Positions 55,379 to 64,000 of a DNA stretch of 64,000 bases are shown here, in pieces; the first letter of the stretch is position 1; each line of letters opens with the position of its first letter. The translations under genes and the position numbers were made by a program. The notes under the pieces are model-generated. The model saw nothing but the letters and a program-made list of their open reading frames with translations, ran no database searches and was not told the origin of the DNA. The DNA is from Candidatus Moraniibacteriota bacterium (lineage in GTDB: Bacteria; Patescibacteriota; Minisyncoccia; Moranbacterales; UBA2206), in NCBI GenBank assembly GCA_049297495.1, contig JBAQUL010000035.1:21203-85202 (forward strand), written 5' to 3'.

Positions 55379-56105
55379 ATTTTAGTAGTTCATTCTCCCC
55401 CTCCGCAATCCGCCTGTTTTTGACTGGATCATCCGCAATCAATTTCCCATCCTTGACATAGAGGATTCTTTTGGCGTGTTCAGCTGTATAGGTTTCATGT
55501 GTAACCAAAATTACAGTATGCCCAGAATCATTTAGTTTCTGTAAAATTTTCATTACTTGAAGACCTGACTTTGAGTCCAGATTTCCCGTTGGCTCATCAG
55601 CAAAAATCACCTCTGGATCATTGACTAGAGCTCTTGCTATTGCCACTCGCTGTTTTTCCCCACCAGAAAGCTGATTGGAAAAATACTGCGCGCGATGCTC
55701 CATCCCCACGGCCATAAGTGCATCCATCACTTTTTTGGTATTGCTCTTATCCGGCTTTTCATCATATAGCAATGGCAATTCGACATTTTCAAACACTGTT
55801 GTGCGAGAAAGCAGATTGAAAGATTGAAACACGAAACCGATTTTCTTGTTTCTAATTTTAGCCAAAGTATCGTCGTCAAAAGAAAAAGTGTCCCGACCTT
55901 CAAAAAAATATTTCCCCTCCGTCGGCCGATCCAGAAAACCCAAAATCTGCATCAAAGTCGATTTGCCAGAACCTGATGGACCCATAATGGAAATAAATTC
56001 CCCTTTTTGAATCTCAAAAGTTGCCTCACAAAGCGCCTGCGTTTCCACGCCGTCATTAGAATAGGTCTTGCAAAGATTTTGGACTTGAATTAGGGGGTTT
56101 GACAT
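55377..56105 (-). CDS. ABC transporter ATP-binding protein (MacB/LolD type)
   Basis: Walker [10 protein letters not shown], signature [15 protein letters not shown], and Walker [12 protein letters not shown]. Confidence 0.9.
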   Translation of the reverse strand: MSNPLIQVQNLCKTYSNDGVETQALCEATFEIQKGEFISIMGPSGSGKSTLMQILGFLDRPTEGKYFFEGRDTFSFDDDTLAKIRNKKIGFVFQSFNLLSRTTVFENVELPLLYDEKPDKSNTKKVMDALMAVGMEHRAQYFSNQLSGGEKQRVAIARALVNDPEVIFADEPTGNLDSKSGLQVMKILQKLNDSGHTVILVTHETYTAEHAKRILYVKDGKLIADDPVKNRRIAEGENELLK

Positions 56106-56182
56106 AGAAAATGATTAGACTATTATGAAAGCAAGGAGAAAGTTGTTTTAACATAAACACAAATTAAGCTGAAGGAGGCGCT

Positions 56183-56347
56183 ATGTCTACCGTAATCTAT
56201 TACATCAAAGACAGAGGAAGGAATGGCATTCCAGAAACTCCGCCATATCCACACGGTGCCTACAATAGCATTCCTACTGCCACAGTAAAATCAAGTAACA
56301 ACGACGGGTCAAGTCAAAACGATTCGCAAGAAACAACAAAACAGTAA
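56183..56347 (+). CDS. Small ORF (54 aa, Pro/Ser/Asn-rich) with a strong SD and its own terminator, on the opposite strand inside the ABC-transporter operon gap
   Basis: gaaggaggcgct-ATG. Peptide MSTVIYYIKDRGRNGIPETPPYPHGAYNSIPTATVKSSNNDGSSQNDSQETTKQ. Below the track's size cut-off. Confidence 0.35.
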   Translation: MSTVIYYIKDRGRNGIPETPPYPHGAYNSIPTATVKSSNNDGSSQNDSQETTKQ

Positions 56348-56364
56348 CCTTCCAAAGTTATAAA

Positions 56365-56416
56365 AGCATGCCCATGTGTTCATCGAACACAATAAGCGAC
56401 ATGCTTTTTCTTTTTT
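56365..56416 (+). terminator. Rho-independent terminator after the small ORF
   Basis: agcatg...catgct outer stem with inner tgtgttc-atc-gaacaca, followed by tttttctttttt. Confidence 0.6.
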
Positions 56417-56500
56417 GTCTGAACCACATGATTTTTCTAATTGCACGTGATTGAATTTTAAATTCAGTGAAATCAAGCGTAATCAGAGATAATCAGCGGT

Positions 56501-57811
56501 TCAGATATCTTTTGTAAAAGTAACGACCTTGTCACCATCTTTCAAGCCAGATTTTGCCTCCACCATTCCACCGTCGCCTTCCAGCCCAGTGGTAATTTTC
56601 ACTTCTTGGACCAAATTATCATCACTCAAAACATCCACAAATTTCTCTCCATTTCTAATTTTAATGGCCCTAAGGGGAATCATAAGCACATCACTTTTTT
56701 CATTGGTCCTCACGTCAACATTAGCACTCATCCCTGGCTTCAACCTCTGATCAACCGTGGAAAGCTTCAATTTAATCCCATAATAAACTACGTCTTGGAT
56801 AACAGTTTCGGCTGGATTAATTTCAATGAGCTCTGCCTCGAATTCATCGCCAGTCGGCAACGCATCAAAAGTAACTTTGGCTTTTTGACCGAGCTTTAAT
56901 TTCACGATATCTGACTCGGGAATATTAGACTCAATAATAAAATCATCAGCAATAATCCGCGCAAAGGATTCCTTAATCACGCCGGTACCTAAAATTTCTC
57001 CCACCTTATTGTTCACTTCCACGATTGTGCCAGAAACCGGTGCTTTGAGCACGGCTTTCGAAAGATTATTAAGCGCAATCTCATAATTGGCTTTGGCGTT
57101 ATCCACCGAGGCGTTTTTGGAATTGAGCGTGAAATCTGACTGGGTCGTTTTCAATCTAGCTTTCGCCGCGTCCAAAGAATTCTCCGCCGAAGTAATCGCC
57201 AAATCGCGAGATTTTTTGGCAGTATCCAATGCTTCCTCGGCCGCTTTCTTGCTATTTAGAGCCGTAGTCAAAGTCAACTTATTGGTCTTGGTTGGGCTGT
57301 CATTATAGAAATCCAACGCGTCAGAATAATAGTCCTTGGCATTATCGAGCGCCGTCTCCGCCGCGTCAACTCTTTGTTTTTCCAACTTTTCTGTTTCATC
57401 CAAAAAATTATCAGCATTATCCACTGCCACGTCCGATTCACGGATCGCATCATTATTTGATCCAGCATCGGCCACCGCTTTATTGAGTGTTGCCTTCGCT
57501 ACTGCGACTTGACCGGATAGATTGACATTGTCAAGCATCGCGATCGAATCACCCGCTGCCACTTTATTACCTTTCTTGATAAAAACCTTGCTAATTCTTC
57601 CTCCCAACTCAAAGTTGAGAACGATCTCAGAATCATCTTTGAGATCCCCGGTCGCTGAAACAGTTTGTGATAGACTGCCTTTCTCCACCGTCGCCGTCGT
57701 ATATTCAACTTTGACCTTTTTGGACCGCGCATAGAAAAAGTAGCCTCCAGCTAAAAGCAACATTGATATAATAGCGATGGTTTTTTTGTATTTAAACATA
57801 AAATTTTTCAA
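56501..57811 (-). CDS. HlyD/MacA-family periplasmic adaptor (membrane fusion protein)
   Basis: N-terminal TM, long Ala/Asp-rich coiled coil, and biotinyl-lipoyl-like plus beta-barrel segments. The real start may be the ATG at 57799. Confidence 0.8.
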   Translation of the reverse strand: MKNFMFKYKKTIAIISMLLLAGGYFFYARSKKVKVEYTTATVEKGSLSQTVSATGDLKDDSEIVLNFELGGRISKVFIKKGNKVAAGDSIAMLDNVNLSGQVAVAKATLNKAVADAGSNNDAIRESDVAVDNADNFLDETEKLEKQRVDAAETALDNAKDYYSDALDFYNDSPTKTNKLTLTTALNSKKAAEEALDTAKKSRDLAITSAENSLDAAKARLKTTQSDFTLNSKNASVDNAKANYEIALNNLSKAVLKAPVSGTIVEVNNKVGEILGTGVIKESFARIIADDFIIESNIPESDIVKLKLGQKAKVTFDALPTGDEFEAELIEINPAETVIQDVVYYGIKLKLSTVDQRLKPGMSANVDVRTNEKSDVLMIPLRAIKIRNGEKFVDVLSDDNLVQEVKITTGLEGDGGMVEAKSGLKDGDKVVTFTKDI

Positions 57812-57941
57812 TTTCTAAATCCTAATTTCCAATGTCAAACAAAATCCAAAGCTCAAAATCCAAAATATTAATCTAGCAAAATTATTTTTGTTATTTGGAT
57901 TTTGAAATTGATTGGAAATTTGACATTAGAATTTTGAAATT
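57812..57941. repeat. Solo palindromic element of the aatttccaat family between hlyD and rnhA
   Basis: Left atttctaaatcctaatttccaatgtcaaacaaaatccaaagctcaaaatccaaaat. Right atttggattttgaaattgattggaaatttgacattagaattttgaaatt (reverse-complement related). Confidence 0.65.
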
Positions 57942-57942
57942 T

Positions 57943-58374
57943 TCATATTAATGTCTTTTGTTTGTACTGCTCATCCAGCGCTTCGTTCACCAGTGCGTCA
58001 GCAACCGTATTCTTCTCTCTAGGTATATGATAAAACTTAACTGATTTAAAATCAAGCATAAGATTCCAAATTTCAATAAAATTCTTTTGAATATATTCCT
58101 CTTTCAATTTATACTCGTGATTCAATTGTTTTACGACCAATTCCGAATCTAAACGGCATTCAATCTCATATTGTCGCGTTTTATCCTTGCCTAAGAGTTG
58201 CTTTAGTTTTTTCAGCCCACATATGAGCGCGGCGTATTCAGCAACATTATTTGTTGCGCTGCCAATGCATTCACCATATTTTTTGTCTAATGTTTCTACC
58301 CAAACACCAATTCCCGCCGGTCCGGGATTGCCCCTTGATCCACCATCAGTATAAATTACGATTTTATTTGACAT
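57943..58374 (-). CDS. rnhA: Ribonuclease HI
   Basis: VIYTDGGSRGNPGPAGIGV and the DEDD catalytic residue pattern. Confidence 0.8.
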   Translation of the reverse strand: MSNKIVIYTDGGSRGNPGPAGIGVWVETLDKKYGECIGSATNNVAEYAALICGLKKLKQLLGKDKTRQYEIECRLDSELVVKQLNHEYKLKEEYIQKNFIEIWNLMLDFKSVKFYHIPREKNTVADALVNEALDEQYKQKTLI

Positions 58375-58547
58375 AAAATGATATTATGACTTACGCTTTT
58401 ACCAAAAACAATCTTTAAAGCGCGTGGTTCTACAGAGTTTGTTTTTGTTTATCTCAATCCCTAAAATCATCAGGGTTTTCTCAAATTAATCTTGGCTTTA
58501 GAAAAGCTTGCTTTTGGCAAACGCGTAAGTCCTAAATATATTAAAGA

Positions 58548-60260
58548 TTATGCAGATTGTCGCAAATCAATTATTTTCATTTGAATTTTTTTACTCCCAT
58601 TCCATTCGTCCTCGCTTAAATTGAAAACGATATCAATCTGATCATCCTTTTTCAAATCAGGAAATTCGGTTCCTAGCTTAAATCCGATTGCATCAAATAT
58701 CTTTGGATTCCCATCTATTGACCGAAGTGCCAGCTTCAAGTGTTTACTACCATTTCCCACCATTCTCACATCGCTAACCCGCATATTGCGGAGCATAAAC
58801 ACTGGATCCTTATTCCCCATTCCGAATGGCTCCATTTGCCGCAAGTCAGTTATAAATTTCCATTCAATATCTTCTGCTTTTAACTCCAAGTCGATCTTCA
58901 AAGTAGAGATTATTTCTTTTTCTGCAAGCTCAAGATTGATAATCTCTGTCATTTTTGCGCAAAATTGAGGGACGTTTTCCGGCACAATTCGCACACCAGC
59001 CGCCTGAGAATGCCCACCAAATTTAGAAAGCAAGTCAGCGCACTTCTCCAAACACTCTACAATATTAATCTCTGGTATACTGCGAAGAGACCCCACATAT
59101 TCTTTTTCTTGAATTTGAAAAACAACTACCGGTTTCTTGTATTTTTCCACGACCTTTCCAGCGACAAGACCCAAGATTCCAACCGGCCAATGTTCGCTTT
59201 TAGCAAAAACGAATTTCTTGTCAGAAAAATCACGTTCGGCAACCTCCTCAATCTCTTTGACAATTTCCGCGGTCATTTTTTGTCTTTCTTGATTTTTTTC
59301 TTCAACTTCCAGAGCCAAAACTCGCGCTGCGACACGATCCTTTTCCATGATTAGTTTATAGGAGACGCTGGCATGATCCATCCTACCTGCCGCATTGATT
59401 CTCGGCGCAATCTGATAGGCAATTTTTTGTGTGTCAGGAATATTATTCTCTGAAATCTCAATCCGCCCAACCTTAAACATCTCCATCAGTCCCACACGAC
59501 GAGTCTTGGAAAGAACAACTAGCCCGTATTTTACAAATGTGCGATTTTCTCCAAGTAGCAGCACACAATCAGCCACAGTTCCAATTGCCACAAGATCAAG
59601 CATCCATTTTAACTGATCAATTTTCTCTGGAGCCATCTTCTGATATATTGCCTGAGCCAATTTAAAGGCTACTCCAACACCGGCCAGATCAGAAAAATCA
59701 AAACCGGAATTTTTGAGATGTGGATTGATAATTGCGACTGCTTTTGGTAAAATTTCTGGTGCGTGATGATGATCAGTTATAATCACATCTATTCCCAAAC
59801 TTTTCGCTTTTTCCACTTCGGGGACATTGGTGATTCCCGAGTCCACTGTAATAATCAAAACAACCCCCTCTTTTTGCAAAAATTCAATAGCCCTATCATT
59901 CATGCCATAGCCTTCCAATTGGCGGTCAGGGATATAATAAGTTAGATTAGTAAAACCCAGACTTTCCAAAGTTTCATAGAGCAATGCTGTCGCGGTAACT
60001 CCATCAGCGTCATAGTCTCCAAAAATAGCCACTTTCTCTTGATGCTTCCGAGCAAGTCCAATTCGAGCCACAGCATCGGACATTCCAGAAATCTTTGAAA
60101 GATTATCCGAAACAGCATAATTAAAACTAAAAAAATCCTCAATTTCTGCTTGAGACACAATACCTCGTCCGGATAATAATTCCAAGATTTGAGAACTATA
60201 CTTTTCCGACAAAGAAAGGATGTTATTATTTTTTTCCCTCAATTCCCATTTTTTTTGCAT
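58548..60260 (-). CDS. recJ: Single-stranded-DNA-specific exonuclease RecJ
   Basis: DHH motifs (VAIFGDYDADGVTA, ITDHHH) and DHHA1 domain. Confidence 0.85.
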   Translation of the reverse strand: MQKKWELREKNNNILSLSEKYSSQILELLSGRGIVSQAEIEDFFSFNYAVSDNLSKISGMSDAVARIGLARKHQEKVAIFGDYDADGVTATALLYETLESLGFTNLTYYIPDRQLEGYGMNDRAIEFLQKEGVVLIITVDSGITNVPEVEKAKSLGIDVIITDHHHAPEILPKAVAIINPHLKNSGFDFSDLAGVGVAFKLAQAIYQKMAPEKIDQLKWMLDLVAIGTVADCVLLLGENRTFVKYGLVVLSKTRRVGLMEMFKVGRIEISENNIPDTQKIAYQIAPRINAAGRMDHASVSYKLIMEKDRVAARVLALEVEEKNQERQKMTAEIVKEIEEVAERDFSDKKFVFAKSEHWPVGILGLVAGKVVEKYKKPVVVFQIQEKEYVGSLRSIPEINIVECLEKCADLLSKFGGHSQAAGVRIVPENVPQFCAKMTEIINLELAEKEIISTLKIDLELKAEDIEWKFITDLRQMEPFGMGNKDPVFMLRNMRVSDVRMVGNGSKHLKLALRSIDGNPKIFDAIGFKLGTEFPDLKKDDQIDIVFNLSEDEWNGSKKIQMKIIDLRQSA

Positions 60261-60358
60261 TTCTTGTTTTTTTCAGATTATTCAGCCTGTCCGCAATATT
60301 GCACAAATTGTCAGCCAGTACCACTCAAAACAATACACCAAAATCAGACAGTTTAGCA

Positions 60359-60928
60359 CTACGCCTGGCTAGAATCACACCTCAAACAAATGATTTTTCC
60401 TGTGAATTCTCTTCTTTCTACATTTGTCATTTCTATATTCAACACTAAATCCTCTCCACAATTTGCACAAGAAAAGTCTTCTTTTAGGCCTAGGTCTTTC
60501 GTTAAGTTGGAAATATCTCCACCCTTGATATTTAACTTCAATTTGTATTTAACTTGGCTAAATAAACCAACAACGCGCGCCACAACATCCTTTGGTGTAA
60601 TCATACCTGCCACAAAGAATTCCTTAACTCCTGCCTCGTCTGCTTTTTTTCGATCTTCCTCTCTTCCGATATGCGAAGACATCACTACTGGGATATTGCT
60701 TGTCGCAACATTTTTTGAAAGCGCCTCCTTCATTCCAAATCCATCCATTTTTGGCATGATAATGCCAGTGAAAATGACATCAGGAATGTTTGCAATTGCC
60801 TTATTTATTCCGTCCAATCCATCCTCCGCCTCTATCACCTTGAAGCCTTCTGCCTTAAACACATCTGAATATAGACTTCTCGTTCCAGCATCATCATCAA
60901 CAATCAAAATTTTGTATTTTTTGTCCAT
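60359..60928 (-). CDS. Atypical response-regulator receiver (phospho-acceptor Asp replaced by Gly) fused to a C-terminal CxxC...CxxC zinc-ribbon
   Basis: ILIVDDDAGTR acidic pocket is present, but PDVIFTGIIMPKMDG has Gly where consensus has the phospho-Asp. C-terminal CANCGED...CLRCDSS zinc-ribbon. Confidence 0.6.
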   Translation of the reverse strand: MDKKYKILIVDDDAGTRSLYSDVFKAEGFKVIEAEDGLDGINKAIANIPDVIFTGIIMPKMDGFGMKEALSKNVATSNIPVVMSSHIGREEDRKKADEAGVKEFFVAGMITPKDVVARVVGLFSQVKYKLKLNIKGGDISNLTKDLGLKEDFSCANCGEDLVLNIEMTNVERREFTGKIICLRCDSSQA

Positions 60929-61003
60929 TGTAATATCAATCCTAAAACAAGCACTGGGTTTTCTTTCATGCTAGGCGATGAAAAATAAACCGACGAGCTC
61001 GTC

Positions 61004-61039
61004 ACGCCGTAGTTCCGAGTACTCTCGAAACGTTGGAGG
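61004..61039. repeat. Third (inverted) copy of the 25544-25652 hairpin motif, upstream of the atypical response-regulator gene
   Basis: cacgccgtagttccgagtactctcgaaacgttggagg. Adjacent perfect palindrome gacgagctcgtc at 60992-61003. Confidence 0.65.
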
Positions 61040-61051
61040 ATTAGATTAAAT

Positions 61052-63115
61052 TTAAATGATTATTTTGACATCAACTCCAACCGCCTCATTTCCATTATTA
61101 TAAACCAGAAGCGGATTTATATCAAACTCGGTAACACCATCTGCTTCCTGCGAAAATTCACCCAAAGCCAGAATAATTTGCGCCAACTCCGAAACATTAT
61201 ACGCTTTTTGCCCACGCACGCCCCGAAAAAGAAAGCCCAACTTTCCCTCTCGTAAAGATTTTTCTATGGCCTCTTTCGAAAACGGCGGGATAATCATCTC
61301 AGCTAATTTGAATATTTCCGTGTAAATACCTCCTAAGCCATAAACGATGACCGGTCCAAAGTTAGCGTCTCTTTTGATTCCTAGGATTATTTCCATGTCC
61401 CTTCCAAGCATTGGCTGGATAATCAATCTCGCTCCAGGAAAATTACTCCGCATTTTTTGAAATGCCATCTCCAATTCAATCTGATTTCTTAAGTTCAAAA
61501 TCAATCCCTGCTTGTCAGTTTTATGCAAAACCGCATCGCTATCCACCTTGAGCACTACTGGAAAATTATTGTGCGCTGGCAACTCATCACCGGCACAAAT
61601 CTCATAAGCATCGACTGTTTTGATGCCATACATATCCATAATTTTTCGACTTTCTGAAAAATAAAGTGCATGCCTATTTTCCGCTCTAGCAAAGTTAATA
61701 AATGTCCCTATTTGATCTTTTCGCCACTGATTCACATTACCAGAAAAATTTTCATCACAATCGCCTTCCTTTGAATTCCAGCGATAATACGCATCCAAAA
61801 CAGAAACGGCACTTTCAGGAAAAGCAAAATTAAAAATATTTTCTGTTCGCAGTTTCTTTATTCCCTTTTCTACTTTTTTACCGCCCACAAATGATGCCAC
61901 GATTGTTTTTTCACTTTTTGTATTAAATCTTGTAATCACACGAGCAATTTTTTCCACTGGCGTTTGATCTTGCGGAGTTAGAAGACAAATAATAGCACCG
62001 ATCTCAGAATCTTTTTCAATAATTTGCAATACTTTTTTATAGCGGTCCTCTTTCGCATCACCTAAAAGATCAATCGGATTTTCCACCGATGATTCTTCTG
62101 GCAAAATTCCCCTAAGAGCTTGTTTTGTTTTTTCGCCAAGTTCTGCTAGAACTATTTCTTTTTGGGAAAATGCATCCGTCGTAAGAACACCCAATCCTCC
62201 GGCATTAGTAACGACTGCGATTTTATTTTTCACCATTTTCTTGTTATGCGAAATAAATCCGATCAAATTAAAAAATTCTTCCAGATCCTTGGCACGCAAA
62301 ACTCCCGCCTTCCGGAAAGCCACATTCATTATTTCATCACTACCAGCCAACGCTCCCGTATGCGAAGCAATCGCCTTTTGAGAACGCTCCGTTTTCCCCG
62401 CTTTCAGAATCACTATCGGCTTGGTTTTCGAAACACGATTCGCGATTTTCATAAACTCAACACCATCTTCAATTCCTTCAAGATACATTCCGATCACCGC
62501 CGTATCTTCGTCTTTTTCCAGATACTCCAGCATTTCGGTCTCAGCTATATTCATCTTATTGCCAATTGAAACGATTTTGGAAAAATAGATTTTTTCTGCT
62601 TTGGCTAGATCAGTAAGCGCCACTGCCAGTGCGCCTGATTGAGTCACAAAAGCGATATTCCCTGCTTCAGGAAGACCACTCGCAAAAGAAGCGTTGAGCT
62701 TCAATTTAGGAATGATAAAACCCAAGCAATTCGGGCCCAAAATATTCAAATCATTTTCTTTCGCAAGCTGCAAAAGCTCTGCTTCGCGCAGCTTTCCCTC
62801 TTCACCCATCTCCGAAAATCCAGCAGAAATAATCACAAAATTTTTCGTTTTGCTCACATTTTCGCGAATTTCGCTGACCACAAATTTGGCCGGAATTGCC
62901 ATGATCACCAAATCAACCTCGCCTTCCACATCAGTTAGTTTGTGGTAACACTTAGTATTGGAGATTTGATCATATTTTGGATTGACCAAAAAGACTTTTC
63001 CCGCATAACCAAGTTCCAAAATATTTTTCGCAATCACCGTCCCCACCTTGCCCACCTCTTGCGAAGCACCAACGATAGCAATTGATTGTGGGTTGAATAG
63101 TTTTTCTAGATTCAT
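61052..63115 (-). CDS. ADP-forming acetyl-CoA synthetase (fused alpha/beta; acetate-CoA ligase, ADP-forming)
   Basis: CoA-binding N-terminus SIAIVGASQEVGKVGT, succinyl-CoA-synthetase-like flavodoxin domain, and ATP-grasp C-terminus. Confidence 0.8.
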   Translation of the reverse strand: MNLEKLFNPQSIAIVGASQEVGKVGTVIAKNILELGYAGKVFLVNPKYDQISNTKCYHKLTDVEGEVDLVIMAIPAKFVVSEIRENVSKTKNFVIISAGFSEMGEEGKLREAELLQLAKENDLNILGPNCLGFIIPKLKLNASFASGLPEAGNIAFVTQSGALAVALTDLAKAEKIYFSKIVSIGNKMNIAETEMLEYLEKDEDTAVIGMYLEGIEDGVEFMKIANRVSKTKPIVILKAGKTERSQKAIASHTGALAGSDEIMNVAFRKAGVLRAKDLEEFFNLIGFISHNKKMVKNKIAVVTNAGGLGVLTTDAFSQKEIVLAELGEKTKQALRGILPEESSVENPIDLLGDAKEDRYKKVLQIIEKDSEIGAIICLLTPQDQTPVEKIARVITRFNTKSEKTIVASFVGGKKVEKGIKKLRTENIFNFAFPESAVSVLDAYYRWNSKEGDCDENFSGNVNQWRKDQIGTFINFARAENRHALYFSESRKIMDMYGIKTVDAYEICAGDELPAHNNFPVVLKVDSDAVLHKTDKQGLILNLRNQIELEMAFQKMRSNFPGARLIIQPMLGRDMEIILGIKRDANFGPVIVYGLGGIYTEIFKLAEMIIPPFSKEAIEKSLREGKLGFLFRGVRGQKAYNVSELAQIILALGEFSQEADGVTEFDINPLLVYNNGNEAVGVDVKIII

Positions 63116-63152
63116 AAAAATAAGTTAAATATTACAACTAGAATTTATCATC

Positions 63153-64000
63153 CTAATCCTTAATTATCACTGCGCCCTTATCACTTTTTAACTTTTTAAA
63201 TAAAACGTATTTCGTACCATTAAAATAGCGACAGAAATTATTATCAATGACTTCCTCTTTAGGTATATCTTCTATCTTTCTGCCTTTTCTCAAATTATCT
63301 GCTTCAGTAATTATTGCCTGCTCCTCTTCCAAGATCTCACGATCCATTTCATTGAGCTCAATTGGATAATTTTCTCCATTGAGCACAAAACTACGGATTA
63401 TCCTGCGCGTATCTTTAAGCCTAACCCTTTCGGTTCTTTTCTCGGAGAATTTGAACCATCTAGCATTCTCCTTTCCAATACCCTCCATTATATCATCAAA
63501 ATCAGTTTCTAGCTCTTCCCTTTTTTCTATCATCAATATTTTTGCCCGATAGTTACTTCCCGAAGAAATTTCTCCACTTTCGCTTTCTACCATTTCAAAG
63601 CCAAGCTTTTTAATATTCTCAAAAAACCCACTGGAATTTTTATAATCAAAAGAGTAATCGAAAATGATCGCCGCACGGCCACCCATTTTTAATGTTTGAC
63701 TTAACTCATAAAAAATCCTTGCTCTTTCGTAATCATCCTCCTTAATCACAAGACTGGATTCCTGGATGGCCAGATTGAGCGTTGCATAATCAAAGGATTC
63801 TTTGGCAAACGGTAAATTAGCAAAACTTCCTGCCACCGCTTTTCCCGAAGATGACTGCGCAAAATGATGCACATTCAAATCAAGGCTAAAGATACTCTTC
63901 TGCATTTTCCCGCTAGAATGCTCACGCAAAAGTTCCGGCCCAGATGCAAGATCTAGTATTTTCAATTCAGCGCTATTTTTTCCCGCCTCTTTTGATATTC
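63153..64000 (-). CDS. Methyltransferase-like hypothetical protein; probably partial (reading frame stays open upstream to the window end)
   Basis: ILDLASGPELL motif-I-like segment. Track start at 63965 is a TTG. The in-frame upstream codons to 64000 contain no stop. Confidence 0.4.
   Translation of the reverse strand, partial: ISKEAGKNSAELKILDLASGPELLREHSSGKMQKSIFSLDLNVHHFAQSSSGKAVAGSFANLPFAKESFDYATLNLAIQESSLVIKEDDYERARIFYELSQTLKMGGRAAIIFDYSFDYKNSSGFFENIKKLGFEMVESESGEISSGSNYRAKILMIEKREELETDFDDIMEGIGKENARWFKFSEKRTERVRLKDTRRIIRSFVLNGENYPIELNEMDREILEEEQAIITEADNLRKGRKIEDIPKEEVIDNNFCRYFNGTKYVLFKKLKSDKGAVIIKD

Overview
This 64-kb window comes from a small, AT-rich, gene-dense bacterial genome. 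It carries about 70 protein genes, roughly 85% on the minus strand, plus two tRNAs, no rRNA and no CRISPR array. The gene content points to a Candidate-Phyla-Radiation/Patescibacteria-like episymbiont (inference). The evidence is a fermentative core (pyruvate:ferredoxin oxidoreductase porGDAB plus ADP-forming acetyl-CoA synthetase), FtsA/FtsZ, giant Cys-rich secreted proteins, a sortase, a membrane-anchored DsbA, and many genes with weak or no Shine-Dalgarno sequence.

Most noteworthy observations:
1. A two-component operon whose third gene fuses a canonical receiver (REC) domain to an RlmN/Cfr-type radical-SAM methyltransferase; a normal rlmN is also present elsewhere.
2. At least five families of short palindromic/TIR intergenic repeats. 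Two families bracket small four-helix-bundle (TIGR02436 / 'IVS protein' / Avd-like) genes inserted inside the por operon and inside a MacB-type ABC-transporter operon. This looks like an undescribed TIR-bounded mini-cassette. Solo ('empty') copies lie elsewhere, including in-frame inside porA and rlmN.
3. A separate 130-140-bp MITE-like palindromic element, present in two copies.
4. Two giant PKD/Cys-repeat surface proteins, each adjacent to a paralogous small membrane-anchored protein.
5. A GluR0-type glutamate-receptor K+ channel gene embedded in the por operon.
6. A bacterial Elp3 homologue.
7. A tRNA-Glu preceded by a duplicated 5' half carrying a 19-nt hairpin insertion in the anticodon loop.

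The large ORF at 1..3865 is missing from the supplied track because it runs off the window edge. I recovered it by manual translation. All coordinates come from reading the sequence by hand and may be off by a few nucleotides.
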